The notes below the pieces were generated by a model. That model had not been told where the DNA came from, searched no databases, and saw only the letters and a list, made by a program, of their open reading frames with translations. Below are positions 51,001-60,184 of a stretch of DNA of 64,000 bases, piece by piece. The translations under genes and the position numbers were made by a program. Within the stretch, counting starts at the first letter, position 1; each line of letters starts with the position of its first letter. This DNA comes from Squalus acanthias. Taxonomy: Eukaryota. The stretch is from positions 175,462,001 through 175,526,000 of the forward strand of contig CM059425.1 of NCBI GenBank assembly GCA_030390025.1, given 5' to 3'.

Positions 51001-54000
51001 GCATTGATTTCAAGACAATAGTTTTGAGGATAAATACATGGTTGCCAGATGGCATCTGTTGGAAGTCATTTTTATAGATAACTGGAATTGTTTTTGGCAG
51101 AAAGTAGCTGCATGTTAACCAAGCAGGGGCTGGCAGAGAAGTTACTGATACAGATGGTTACCCAATGTCTCTTTATATGAAGGATGCCTATACCTCAAGG
51201 AAAAGTGCTTACAACTAAGTGGGGGAGGAAGGCGAATGAAGGGTAACAATAATATAGAACAATGAACAGCTAAGTATACTTCACTTTTCACTGTTACTTT
51301 TTTTAATCCTTTATTCTCCTTTTCACAATTCTTGGAAAGTTTTGTTTACTCCTAGTGCAGGTTTGTGGAATTGAAAATACGGGTGTAGAAGGACAATATA
51401 TATGAACTGTTAGCTCTACACTTATGTCTTTTTAATTCCCAATGCAATTACATTATCAGACTTGTATGTTACAAATCATGCAATCTTGATGAAATGGACT
51501 TGGATTACAGTTTACGATAGCAAAATACTGCAGATGCTGGAAATCCGAAATAACAACAGAAAACGCTGGAAAAACTCAGCAGGCGAGGCAGCATCCGTGG
51601 AGAGAGAAACAGAGTTAACGTTTCAGATCGAGACCTTTCATCAGAACTGGAAACAGCAGGAAATCAAATAGATTTAAGGCAAGGATAAAGCTGGGAAAAG
51701 GGGGAGGGGATGAAAGAACAAAAGGAGACATCAAGAGACATTAAGAGACATTCAAGGCAAGAGGTGGTAATGTGACAGGTTAAGGCTGAAAGAAGTGTGA
51801 AATGCACTGGCAGAAAGAAGGACAGCTTCTTTTAGCCTTAACCTGTCACATTAACACCACCTCTTGCCTTGAATATCTCTTAATGTCTCCTTTTGTTCTT
51901 TCATCCCCTCCCCCTTTTCCCAGCTTTATCCTTGCCTTAAATCTATTTGATTTCCTGCTGTTTCCAGTTCTGATGAAAGGTCTCGACCTGAAACGTCAAC
52001 TCTGTTTCTCTCTCCACGGATGCTGCCTCGCCTGCTGAGTTTTTCCAGCGTTTTCTGTTGTTATTTTGGATTACAGTTTGATTGGTTCCTGAATCTAGTG
52101 TTCTACAGTTACACAGAATATTGGCAGACTGCTCTGGAAATGCCTGAAGAAGTTATCAATGTTCTTGTTTTACTGCATATAAATGGACTTGAGACAACCA
52201 TTATGAATCTTGCTGATACTGAGGAGAGACATCTAAAATGACTAAGTTGCGTTCAAAGACTAATAATCTGTGAATTTTTGTTCATTCTTGGGATGTGGGC
52301 ATCACTGGTAAGTTGCCTGATTTGATATAACTGAGTGGCTTGCTCAAAGGGAAATTGAGAGTCAACCACATTGGCGTGGGACTGGAGTCGCATATAGGTC
52401 AGACCAAGTAAGGATGACATGTTTCCTTCCCTAAAGGACATTAATGAACCATTTGGATTTTTACAACAATCCGATAGCTCTGTGGTCATTTTTTTTTAAC
52501 GGATACTTGTTTTTCTTTTCCAGATTATTTTAATGGTATTCAAATTCTCAAACTGCCATGGGATTGGAACTCGCGTTCTCTGGATTATTAGTCTTGGCCA
52601 CCGGATTACTAGTCCAGTAACATAACACTGCACTACTGCATATTTTGAGTCCTCCCTTGAATTTCTATAAGGAACATTTCTATACTAAGCACTGTACTAA
52701 ATATGATAACGAGAATGGATAGTTTTTGGTTTTGGTTGTGTTGAGTTCAGTAATGAAATTTTCATTTTCCAGATTAAAATTAATGGCACTGGAGTTCTGT
52801 AAGACTCAGATCTTGGATGCCACAGCAATATTGGGTGATATTCGGGAAGTCAATCAAAAGTTGCTGCTGAATTGGGAAATAGCATATTTAAATTTAAATT
52901 AAACAATGTGATAGTTTGATTATTTTATCTGTGATTTTAGATACTCGTTTTACTTTGAAATATTTTGTTTTCTTTCAGGCTTGGCAAAAGGCTCGCAGTG
53001 ATGGTTGGGAGAGAGCATTCTGTGAAAAGAATTTCCTTTCTCAAGCTACAATGGAAATCATTATAGGCATGAGAACACAATTGTTGGGACAGCTCAGAGC
53101 TTCAGGTAAGCACAGGTCAGAGGTGAATGCAATGCAGGCTGAAATTTATTAACTGGAAATCCGTAGCTAGCCAAACTACTTTGAAAAGCGAACCACAACT
53201 ATCAATCACCATTGAGACATCATGGCTTGTTGCTTGTTGGGGGATGACCTTTGTGCCAATTCTTGTTGGTGGTGTTGGCTTACTCTACTTTCATTTCCAA
53301 GATATGTCCCTCTGCTCACAAAGAAACCACTTGCTAATAAAATTAACTGACAAGAATTAAATTGGTTTTAAAGTAGTACACGTGCAGATATCGGGGTACT
53401 ATAAAGTCTGATGTATAAATTGCACATTCATGTTTTAGAGATTTTATTGAAAATAGAGGTATGTTTACATTCTGTAAGTATCTGTACTTCAAGCTACACT
53501 GATGTTCTTTAAAATCTGAAACCCAAAGTAATGTTTGATTTTTCAAGCATGTTTAAAAATGCAAATGAACTGCAACTGTAGTGTTGCTGTAAAGTAGTTT
53601 ATTTTTGCCTTGACACTGCAGTTGCAGTGTAAATGCAGGTTGAATCCAGTGTCCGGACCTGAACTGACACTGGAAGAAACCAGTTTGGGACTTCCGGGGG
53701 AGGGAGTCTCGCTCCCATTTCATATCCCATCAGTCTCTCCTGTGCTCATCACTCACTGCCACCAAATTCTCTGGAAACAGCTAACTTTTCTTCCTTTCGT
53801 TGCTTCTCATACCTTTCACTACTTGTTCTCAACTTTGCCACTCATTCGCTACCACCAACCTCTTTGCAGCTTCACTTTTCTCTCCCTTTTCCACCTAAAA
53901 TGTGTCAATCCTCTGCGCCACTCAAGCTAAACTTCCCAATGTACATTCATCTGATCGCCATGTATTCAACTTCATCCTTGCATTCCAACCAGCAGAAAAA

Positions 54001-57000
54001 CTAACATACAAGTATGAATTTCTCTAATTTTTATTATGTGATAGATATACAAAATATGTTATACAAATTATGTTCAATATGCTGTGACTGAAACTATGAT
54101 GAATATTAATAATTAATAAGTTTGGAAAACATTTTTAGGTTTAATTATCCTACACATGCTAAAAATAAATGAACACAATTTTTTATCTGTAATATAGTAA
54201 AAGTCTTCCATATAGCATGCACCTCTTGTAAGTGTCAGACTTATTTTCCATCTCATTTTTTCCATCATAGTTGACAACACACTTATAGGGCTGGATTTTC
54301 CCTGTGGAGACGGGATGGCAGCGGGAGAGCTGGATGGCGGGTTCCGGTCCCGCCCCTGTCTATAGCCGTTCTCTCAAGGATTTTCCGTAGATTGGCCTTG
54401 TTAAGCCTGCCCTGCGGGGTTCCTGGCCAATTAACAGGAAGCGGGTCTGATGACATCATTTGATGGCGCGTCATCAGCCGGTTTCCTTAAAGGGACCAGG
54501 GCCACATTCATTTTGACAGTTGTGCTGTCAGTGTTCTGCAAACACTGACCAGCACTACACAAAGGTACACGTCTGCACCCAGGCTCATGCATGACTCCCT
54601 CCATATGCTTGTGGAGGGAGTCACAGCACGCAGGGAAATTCTCTCCCCTTCCCATGGGCGGAAGAGACCTCCCCAGGAGATCAACACAGTCTGGTTGCAC
54701 ATTGCACAGCAGGACACAAGCAGGGATGTCGTCAGGAGGAGCAGGCTGCAGTGGCACAAACCTTTCAATGATCTCAGTAGATCACGAAATGTTACTGCAA
54801 AACCACACTCAACCTCATCCTGCTGTGGCACTCATCACATCCCCATCACTCTGCCTTCCCTACCCATCCTTACTCACACCAACTTACCTTGCACCTCCAC
54901 CCATCCCCCGCTATCTACATTATCACGTCCTCATCCTACTGCAAGCATACCAACTAACAACACACAAGGGTAGGCACTCGAGAGGTTTAGCCAATGTTCA
55001 TGTGAAGCTTCTGGTAATGTGTTGTCATACAGTGAAATCTATTTTTTCAACACTTCACCTTATTGGACAGATCTGTGTGCACCTTGAGAAGTGTCTTACT
55101 GAGTTCCAGTGAATGTTGAGACATAACTCCCCCCCCCCCCCCCCCCCCCCCCCCAGCTATAGTGATGTGTGAATGGAATGGCTTGGACATTAAAGGGATG
55201 CTTTACGGTGCTGGTGTGGGATGGTGTCAACCTGGCGCATCATGTGGCAGCCAGGGTTTACAGCGCCAAATGAAGTAAATCTGGCCATGGTGATGCCATC
55301 GCTGGCCTCCTGGGCAGCAATGTTGTCAAGGGGTGATGCCCTGTGTCCTGTGCAGCATCAGGTGATGGCGGAGAAGGTTGGTGATGTTGGTGTGCCTGGT
55401 GATGTTGGTATTGGGGCTGATCGTGGAAGGATTCAGAGGACCAAGGTGTGTTTTTCCCAAGGGCACCGATGTTGCTGCAATAGATGACAGAAGCAGGTGA
55501 GATGACAGAAGCAATCTGTCAGTAGTGAGAGAGGTTGTTCCAATGAGGTGGCACTGATTCTACAGTTGGCTCTAAACACTTGCAAGCTAAAGAAATCTAT
55601 ATGTCTTACAAATGCAGTAACCAACAGTTTCTGAGCTCTGAAACTGAACATCTGCAATATGGTATCCTTTATATGACTTTATATAGCTGTCAGCTTATCA
55701 GATACATCAAAGCAGACTCAACTCATGACCGGGTGAGCTGGCATGTTCCCTGAGCAGCGGGTAACCCATGGGGGAGCACGTAAAATTGCATGGTAGCCTC
55801 AAAATAGCATTAAATTGGCTGTTAACAAGCCATTTAATGATCTAAATTGTCTCCTGTGCCGCTTGGTGTCGGGTCAGTTCTGCACAGGCCGACCCGACAC
55901 CTGGGAGACTCGCGTAGAGGCGAGTTGACAGCGGGTTTCCTACCCACTGTCAATCTTCGCTATTTTGACAGCGGACCCGCCTCCAAACCTGCCCTCTGAG
56001 CGCTGGCAAAATCCAGCCCACAGTGTCAGCTGTGGCTCAGCTGGTAGCACTCTTGCCTTTGAGTCAGAAGGTTGTGGATTCAAGTGCCACTCCAGAGACT
56101 TGAGCACAAAAATCTAGGCTGACGCTCCAGTGCAGTGCACTGTCGGAAGTGCCGTCTTTCGGATGAGACGTTAAACCGAGGCCTTGTCTGCTCTCAGGTG
56201 GACATAAAAGATCCCATGGCACTATTTTGAAGATGAGCAGGGGAGTTATCCCCAGTGTCCTGGCCAATATTTATCCCTCAATCTAAATCACTAAAAGTAG
56301 ATTATCTGGTCATTATCATATTGCTGATTGTGGGAGCTTGCTGTGCGCAAATTGCTGCCATGTTTCCTACATTACAACAGTGACTACACTTCAAAAAGTA
56401 CTTCATTGGTTGTAAAGTGCTTTGGGACATGAAAGGCGCTATATAAATGCAAGTCTTTTTTTCTTTTCATTGTTATTCTGACTCAATGAGCAACACCATA
56501 GGAGATTTACTTATTCAATGATTACCTGATTCTCTGTAAATACAGAATAATTCACAAATGTGCGGAGTGAGGGACATAGGAAGAAAGTATGAGACCTACA
56601 GAAGTGCCAGGGAAAGGGGGCATAGTCTCGGGATAAGGGGTCAACCATTTAGGACTGAGATGAGCAGAAATTTCTTCACTCAGAGGGTGGTGAATCTTTG
56701 GAATTTACTATCCCAGAGGGCTGTGGATGCTCAGTCGTTGAGTATATTCAAGGCTGAGATCGATAGATTTTTGGACTCTCGGGAATGAAGAGATATTGGG
56801 ATCAGGTGGAAAAGTGGAGTTGAGGTTGAAGATCAGCCAGGATCTTATTGAATGGCGGAGCAGGCTCGAGGGGCCGTATGGCCTACTCCTACTCCTATTT
56901 CTTATGTTCTTATACTATGTTCCTACATTATAACAGTGACTACACGTCAAATGTACTTCATTGGCTGTAAAGCGCTTTGGGATGTCCTGAGGTCATGAAA

Positions 57001-59743
57001 GGCGCTATATAAATGCAAGTCTGTCTGTTTTCATGATTCAGTTCCCAGAACTATTTTCCCACTATACCAGTCATTGCGTATAGCAGGCAAATCACGTTAG
57101 CATGGACGTGCCCATGTACATTTAAAACTCTTGTATCTCAATTACACAAAATTAGGGCCCATGGGATTGGGGGTAATATATTAGCATGGATTGAGGATTG
57201 GTTAACGGACAGAAAACAGAGTAGGAATAAACCGGTCATTTTCGGATTGGCAGGCTGTAACTAGTGGGGTACTGCACGGATCAGTGCTTGGGTCTCAGCT
57301 ATTTACACTATATCAATGACTTAGATGAGGGGATCGAGTGCAATGCATCCAAGTTTGCAGACGATACAAAGTTAGGTGGGAAAGTAAGCTGCGAGGAGGA
57401 CACCGAGTCTGCAAAGGGATATAGCCAGGTTAAGTGAGTGGGCAAGAACATGGCAGATGGAATATAATGTGGAGAAGTGTGAGGTTATCCACTTTGGTAG
57501 GAAAAATAGAAAAGCAGAATGTTTTTTAAATGGTGAGAGACTAGGAAATGTTGGTGTTCAGAGGGACCTGGGTGTCCTTGTCGATGTTCCCTCTAATTTT
57601 ATTTTGGGCCGCGCAGCCCATTCAAGATCCACGCATGTGTGGTTTTTCCATTTAAAAGCCGGTAAACCAGCTGCGCGGGAGCTCCAGAGCTCAAGGGAAC
57701 ATTGGTCCTTATACACGAATCACAGAAAGTTAGCATGCAGGTACAGCAAGCAATTAGGAAAGCAAATGGTATGTCAGCATTTATTACAAAGGGATTTGAG
57801 TATAAGAGTAAAGAAGTCTTACTAGAATTATATAGGGCCTTGGTGAGATCACACCTGGAGTATTGTGTACAGTTTTGGTCTCCTTACCTAAGGAAGGATA
57901 TACTTGCCTTAGAGGGAGTGCAACAACGGTTCACTAGACTGATTCTTGGGATGGGGGGATTGTCCAATGAGGAGAGATTGAGTAGACTAGGCCTATATTC
58001 CCTAAAGTTTAGGAGAATGAGAGGTGATCTCATTGAAACATATAAAATTCTTAACGGGCTTGACAGGGTAGATGCTGGGAGTATGTTTCTCCTGGCTGGG
58101 AAGTCTAGAATTAGGGGTCACTGTCTTAGAATGAGGGGTTGGCCATTTAGGACTGAGATGTGGAGAAATTTCTTCACTCTAAGGGTTGTGAATCTTTGGA
58201 ATTCTCTACCCCAGGGAGCTGTGGATGCTCAGTCATTGAGTATATTCAAGACAGAGATCGATAGGTTTTTGGATACTAAGGGAATCGAGGGATATGGGGA
58301 TAGTGCGGGAAGGTGGAGTTGAGGTAGAAGATCAGCCATGATCTTATTGAATGGCGGAGCACGCGCGAAGGGCTGAATGGCCTACTGCTGCTCCTATTTC
58401 TTATGTTCTTAATTGTAGCTGTTATTTGCACATTTGTGACTGGGAATCAAGTAGTAGCATGCCAGAGCTTAAATCCTATTTACCAGCATCACCACCTTGC
58501 TGCTGCTTCTACAAGTGGGGTTTCTCGGAGGCAGACTGAGGATGTATTTATCATGACTCACTGCCCAGTTTCAGAAAAGATTCAAAGTTTTTGGTTTCAG
58601 TCAGGAAGTTGGTCAATGTGAAGAAAGAGCTATAAATGCTTTCAACTTTCAAATAATTAAAAAGAAATTACAACATCTGACTTTTTTTCCAATTGGTACT
58701 TGACAAAATCTTGGCGTATTCCTGAAGAGCTGGTTAGCTTCAAGTGAACATTGCAAAACACTCGATAAGATAGTTGTAGTTAATTTTACCATAATTTTCT
58801 ATTTGATTTATTTTAATTTTTATCAATATATTGAATACCAGTTTGATATTTTTATCAATATATTGAATACCAGTTTGTCCAAAGATGTGCAGGTTAGGTT
58901 GATTTGGCTATGATAAATTGACCCTTAGTGTTAGGGGGATTAAATATGTGGGGTTACGGGGATAGGGTGGGATATGTGTCGGTGCAGGCTTGATGGGCCG
59001 AAATGGCCTCTTATCTGCATTGTGGGGATTCTGTGATTCTGTGACTTGATTGTTTTGCATCCTTATTGTTTTCCTTTAACCTATGTTTAATATTGCCTCA
59101 CAGGTTTCGTGAGGGCACGAGGGGGAGGTGACATTCGCGATGTGAACACAAACTCTGAGAATTGGGCTGTGGTGAAAGCTGCATTAGTTGCAGGCATGTA
59201 CCCAAATCTCATCCATGTCGATCGAGAGAATTTAATGTTGACTGGGTCTAAAGAAAAGAAAGTCAGATTTCACCCTACCTCAGTTCTCAGCCAACCACAG
59301 TATAAGAAGGTAGGACTTGTGCTTTTTGCCATTGAAAGATTAGTCTGGGATCTTTTTCAACATCTAATAAATGTGGAACTTAAAAAAAAATCTGTTGATC
59401 TGTTTGTTGAATTTAGATGAAAAATAACATTGTTATTTGGCCACTGCATTCAAATATCTGTAGTATTTCATTTCTTATTTCATAGCTAAATAATTATTTG
59501 TGAAAGTGTATATTTATCTCTAATGTATAAGCTTAATTTTGTATTAGATTCCACCAGCAAATGGACAAGCTGTGGCTGTTCAAGCACTGCCCACTGACTG
59601 GCTTATTTATGATGAAATGACAAGAGCACACAGAATTGCTAATATACGCTGCTGTTCTGCTGTAACACCGCTCTCTGTGGCCTTATTTGGTGGTCCAGCT
59701 AGACTATCAAGCAGTGCATTACAAGAGCCCTCTTCTCCTCGAG
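11913..59743 (+). CDS. YTHDC2: YTHDC2 3'-5' RNA helicase, spliced CDS of 23 exons in window; 3' part (YTH domain) continues beyond the window
   Basis: Exons join in phase (3223 nt) into [31 protein letters not shown]3H ([14 protein letters not shown]), Walker [26 protein letters not shown], ankyrin segment, [18 protein letters not shown]2; closely matches vertebrate YTHDC2 as recalled. Confidence 0.98.
12338..13300 (-). mobile_element. Older Deu-type SINE split by a + strand copy
   Basis: Reverse-complement tail at 12338-12530 and body/head at about 13100-13300. Confidence 0.6.
12590..12963 (+). mobile_element. tRNA-derived Deu-domain SINE (SacSINE1-like)
   Basis: A box TGGCTCAGTGG, B box GGTTCAAGTCC, core ATCCCATGGCAC..GAAGAGC..CCTGGCCAATATTTAT. 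Confidence 0.85.
13868..14705 (+). mobile_element. CR1 LINE 3' part
   Basis: [25 protein letters not shown]; tail CCTGCTCCTAATTCTTATGTTCTT. Confidence 0.9.
15325..15628 (+). mobile_element. SINE with CR1-group LINE tail (5'-truncated)
   Basis: Matches 44146-44600; tail GGGCAATAAATGCTGGCC..CCCACATCC plus A-tract. Confidence 0.85.
16003..16093 (+). CDS. YTHDC2: YTHDC2 coding exon 2 (R3H)
   Basis: [31 protein letters not shown]; ttccAG / GTGAGT. Confidence 0.96.
16935..18190 (+). mobile_element. Old L2 LINE RT remnant
   Basis: Degenerate similarity along its length to the reverse complement of 48015-49040. Confidence 0.7.
18536..18732 (+). CDS. YTHDC2: YTHDC2 coding exon 3
   Basis: [26 protein letters not shown]; ttcAG / GTATGT. 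Confidence 0.96.
19463..20190. mobile_element. Harbinger-type MITE with promoter-like CpG-rich left part
   Basis: 18-bp imperfect TIR GGGCCGAAAATTGATCCC / GAGATCAATTTCTGGGCC; perfect 3-bp TSD ATT. Confidence 0.82.
20332..20534 (+). CDS. YTHDC2: YTHDC2 coding exon 4 (Walker A)
   Basis: [25 protein letters not shown]; cccAG / GTGCGA. Confidence 0.96.
21775..22153 (+). mobile_element. CR1 LINE 3' fragment
   Basis: [21 protein letters not shown]; tail as at 14690. Confidence 0.9.
22214..22380 (+). CDS. YTHDC2: YTHDC2 coding exon 5
   Basis: [25 protein letters not shown]; ttcAG / GTATAA. Confidence 0.96.
22458..22560 (+). CDS. YTHDC2: YTHDC2 coding exon 6
   Basis: [28 protein letters not shown]; ttcAG / GTAAGT. 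Confidence 0.96.
22615..23295. repeat. Old Penelope-derived inverted repeat (arms 22749-22853 / 23124-23225)
   Basis: About 103-bp arms readable as reverse complements; flanks resemble Penelope tail. Confidence 0.75.
23889..23907 (+). promoter_or_regulatory. CTCF-like motif
   Basis: CTGCCACTAGATGGCAATG matches the CCACYAGRKGGC core. Confidence 0.5.
24380..24425. repeat. 23-bp perfect tandem duplication
   Basis: AGTATTTCTCGCACTAGAGAAGG x2. Confidence 0.95.
26560..26716 (+). CDS. YTHDC2: YTHDC2 coding exon 7 (DEVH, motif III)
   Basis: [28 protein letters not shown]; gacAG / GTAAGT. Confidence 0.97.
26888..27057 (+). other. Palindromic MITE forming a G.U-rich hairpin on the + strand
   Basis: 75 paired positions; right end AATTTCTAGGCC|TAA like other Harbinger-type ends in the window. 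Confidence 0.8.
27686..27845 (+). mobile_element. CR1 3' UTR fragment
   Basis: TTCAAAAGGGAATTTGATAAATA..GATGGGCTGAATGGCCTCCTTCTG. Confidence 0.85.
28370..30660 (-). mobile_element. CR1-group LINE (second family), 5'-truncated, frameshifted ORF2
   Basis: 347-aa ORF 28999-30042 with [26 protein letters not shown]; upstream linker fragments. Confidence 0.92.
31183..31372 (-). mobile_element. Deu-type SINE 3' tail
   Basis: Reverse complement of 56320-56460. Confidence 0.8.
31613..31720 (+). CDS. YTHDC2: YTHDC2 coding exon 8
   Basis: [35 protein letters not shown]; ttcaAG / GTAAGC. Confidence 0.94.
31948..32102 (+). CDS. YTHDC2: YTHDC2 coding exon 9
   Basis: [25 protein letters not shown]; ctcAG / GTAATT. 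Confidence 0.93.
33629..33764 (+). CDS. YTHDC2: YTHDC2 coding exon 10
   Basis: [38 protein letters not shown]; cacAG / GTGAGT. Confidence 0.95.
35263..35389 (+). CDS. YTHDC2: YTHDC2 coding exon 11 (ankyrin)
   Basis: [30 protein letters not shown]; ttcAG / GTAAGG. Confidence 0.95.
36058..36535 (-). mobile_element. L2 LINE 3' fragment
   Basis: [28 protein letters not shown]. Confidence 0.9.
36745..37090 (-). mobile_element. CR1 LINE 3' fragment
   Basis: [21 protein letters not shown]. Confidence 0.9.
37636..37701 (+). CDS. YTHDC2: YTHDC2 coding exon 12 (ankyrin)
   Basis: [21 protein letters not shown]; tccAG / GTAAGT. Confidence 0.95.
37915..39709 (+). mobile_element. PIF/Harbinger deletion derivative with decayed Myb/SANT-like ORF
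   Basis: [25 protein letters not shown] / [28 protein letters not shown]; loose TIRs GGGGGGAAATTGG / CCAAATTTCACAGCC. Confidence 0.78.
40092..40270 (+). CDS. YTHDC2: YTHDC2 coding exon 13
   Basis: [32 protein letters not shown]; acaAG acceptor chosen by frame / GTAAGT. Confidence 0.9.
40430..40735 (-). mobile_element. CR1 LINE 3' fragment
   Basis: CATAGAATTTACAGCACAGAAACAGGC..TTCGGCCC tail in reverse. Confidence 0.8.
40736..41690 (+). mobile_element. Penelope-like retroelement 3' part (GIY-YIG endonuclease remnant and tail)
   Basis: About 41040-41330 reads [15 protein letters not shown](fs)[37 protein letters not shown]. Confidence 0.9.
41592..41630 (+). ncRNA. Minimal type I hammerhead ribozyme motif (probably impaired)
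   Basis: CAGTT-CTGACGA-AGG..CCT-GAAA-CATT-AACTG; stem III palindrome ACGT mutated to ACAT. Confidence 0.6.
41878..41974 (+). CDS. YTHDC2: YTHDC2 coding exon 14
   Basis: [31 protein letters not shown]; tccAG / GTAAGT. Confidence 0.96.
42250..42560 (+). mobile_element. HE1-like V-SINE, near full length
   Basis: tRNA head TGGCATAGTGG..GGTTCGAATCC; V domain GTGGAGTTTGCACATTCTCCCCGTGTCTGCGTGGGTTTCCTCCGGG; CR1 tail. Confidence 0.93.
43333..43420 (+). CDS. YTHDC2: YTHDC2 coding exon 15
   Basis: [29 protein letters not shown]; cttAG / GTGAGC. Confidence 0.95.
43513..43593 (+). CDS. YTHDC2: YTHDC2 coding exon 16 (motif V)
   Basis: [27 protein letters not shown]; ttcAG / GTAAGT. Confidence 0.97.
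43682..43764 (+). CDS. YTHDC2: YTHDC2 coding exon 17
   Basis: [27 protein letters not shown]; tccAG / GTATAA. Confidence 0.96.
43835..44900 (+). mobile_element. Old CR1-group LINE RT fragment split by a SINE
   Basis: Similar to the reverse complement of 29220-29830 on both sides of 44146-44600. Confidence 0.75.
44146..44600 (+). mobile_element. tRNA-derived SINE with CR1-group tail
   Basis: TAGCATAATGG..ATTCAAATC boxes; body matches 15325-15628; A-tract end. Confidence 0.85.
44912..45052. repeat. Short Penelope-tail fold-back
   Basis: ACAGAAAATGTTGGAAA..GCAGCATCTGTG / CACAGATGCTG..TTTCCAGCATTTTCTGT. Confidence 0.75.
45469..45574 (+). CDS. YTHDC2: YTHDC2 coding exon 18 (motif VI)
   Basis: [35 protein letters not shown]; aacAG / GTGTGT. 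Confidence 0.96.
45921..46040 (+). CDS. YTHDC2: YTHDC2 coding exon 19
   Basis: [35 protein letters not shown]; cctAG / GTAAGA. Confidence 0.96.
46130..46402 (+). CDS. YTHDC2: YTHDC2 coding exon 20 (HA2)
   Basis: [41 protein letters not shown]; tctAG / GTGGGT. Confidence 0.96.
46826..47815 (+). mobile_element. Young 5'-truncated CR1 (HER1-like) LINE
   Basis: Uninterrupted 299-aa ORF2 C-terminus (FADD to stop) plus 3' UTR ending TTCTATGATTCTATGA. Confidence 0.95.
48015..49040 (-). mobile_element. L2 LINE 3' part
   Basis: [26 protein letters not shown]; tail GGCGCTATATAAATGCAAGTTGTTG. Confidence 0.92.
49120..50260 (-). mobile_element. Old CR1 LINE remnant interrupted by Penelope palindrome
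   Basis: CATAGAAATTTACAGCACCGAAGG tail in reverse, degenerate RT-like sequence to about 50260. Confidence 0.6.
49545..49762. repeat. Penelope-tail palindrome (86-bp arms, 4-nt loop)
   Basis: 49545-49630 pairs with 49635-49720, 3 mismatches; hammerhead core on minus strand. Confidence 0.92.
51518..52072. repeat. Penelope-derived long inverted repeat (about 250-bp arms, 30-nt spacer)
   Basis: 51542-51795 is the near-perfect reverse complement of 51826-52072. Confidence 0.93.
51966..52001 (+). ncRNA. Minimal type I hammerhead ribozyme motif with GUC triplet
   Basis: AGTT-CTGATGA-a-AGGT ctcg ACCT-GAAA-C-GTC-AACT; predicted cut after 51997. Confidence 0.72.
52278..52635 (-). mobile_element. tRNA-derived SINE (same family as 44146-44600)
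   Basis: Reverse-complement match including head and tail. Confidence 0.82.
52979..53105 (+). CDS. YTHDC2: YTHDC2 coding exon 21
   Basis: [31 protein letters not shown]; ttcAG / GTAAGC. Confidence 0.96.
54288..56019 (+). mobile_element. PIF/Harbinger deletion derivative with Myb/SANT-like ORF remnant
   Basis: TIRs GGGCTGGATTTT / AAAATCCAGCCC, flanks ATA / [36 protein letters not shown]. Confidence 0.85.
56023..56460 (+). mobile_element. tRNA-derived Deu-domain SINE, full length, L2-type tail
   Basis: A/B boxes, Deu core, ends AAAGGCGCTATATAAATGCAAGTC. Confidence 0.9.
56590..56912 (+). mobile_element. CR1 LINE 3' fragment
   Basis: [20 protein letters not shown]. Confidence 0.9.
57145..58410 (+). 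mobile_element. CR1 LINE 3' part, interrupted by hAT MITE
   Basis: KFADDTK, 206-aa C-terminal ORF 57702-58322, CR1 tail. Confidence 0.92.
57582..57704. mobile_element. 123-bp hAT-type MITE
   Basis: TIR CGATGTTCCCT / AGGGAACATTG; 8-bp TSD GTCCTTGT / GTCCTTAT. Confidence 0.88.
58877..59044 (+). mobile_element. 5'-truncated HE1-like V-SINE
   Basis: Near-identical to 42400-42560. Confidence 0.9.
59104..59309 (+). CDS. YTHDC2: YTHDC2 coding exon 22
   Basis: [34 protein letters not shown]; cacAG / GTAGGA. Confidence 0.96.
59548..59743 (+). CDS. YTHDC2: YTHDC2 coding exon 23
   Basis: [36 protein letters not shown]; attAG / GTAACA. Confidence 0.95.
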
Positions 59744-60184
59744 GTAACACATACAGTGAGTCAAAATTATTTCTTAATAAACTTTAGTATGTTTTTGTTC
59801 ACAAATGTTTGTCATTTCGTTAAATTTCATTGTACTTCCAGAATCTAAATAAATGTTTCTGTACTTCTAAGTATAAGTTAGAGAACAAAGAAAATTATTT
59901 TGAAGCCAGCTTTATGAGCCCTTTGAAATGTATTCCGTAGATTAAAAATTGCATTTACATGATAATTATCCATTTCCCCAAAAATAATTAGAACATCAAC
60001 TTTTTCATTGCTCTCTTCAGTTTTATTAAATGACCAAACAAATGAGCATTTGTTTAATAAATGTTCGTTGTATATAACTTTTTTGGGGGGTGGGTGAAAG
60101 GAGTAGGTTTTATATTTTCTCCTTCTTTCTAAATCCAGACTCCCAGGTCTTTTGCCAATCCATTAGCAGGCTCTATGTGGTCTC

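Noticed and set aside
54587..55112. Myb/SANT ORFs (also 38080-38495) as domesticated genes
   Set aside because: They lie within TIR-bounded elements, and the conserved motifs are mutated or frameshifted.
55129..55154. Poly-C tracts (also 10390, 49911) as G-quadruplex elements
   Set aside because: Simple homopolymers inside repeats; length unreliable and no evidence of function.
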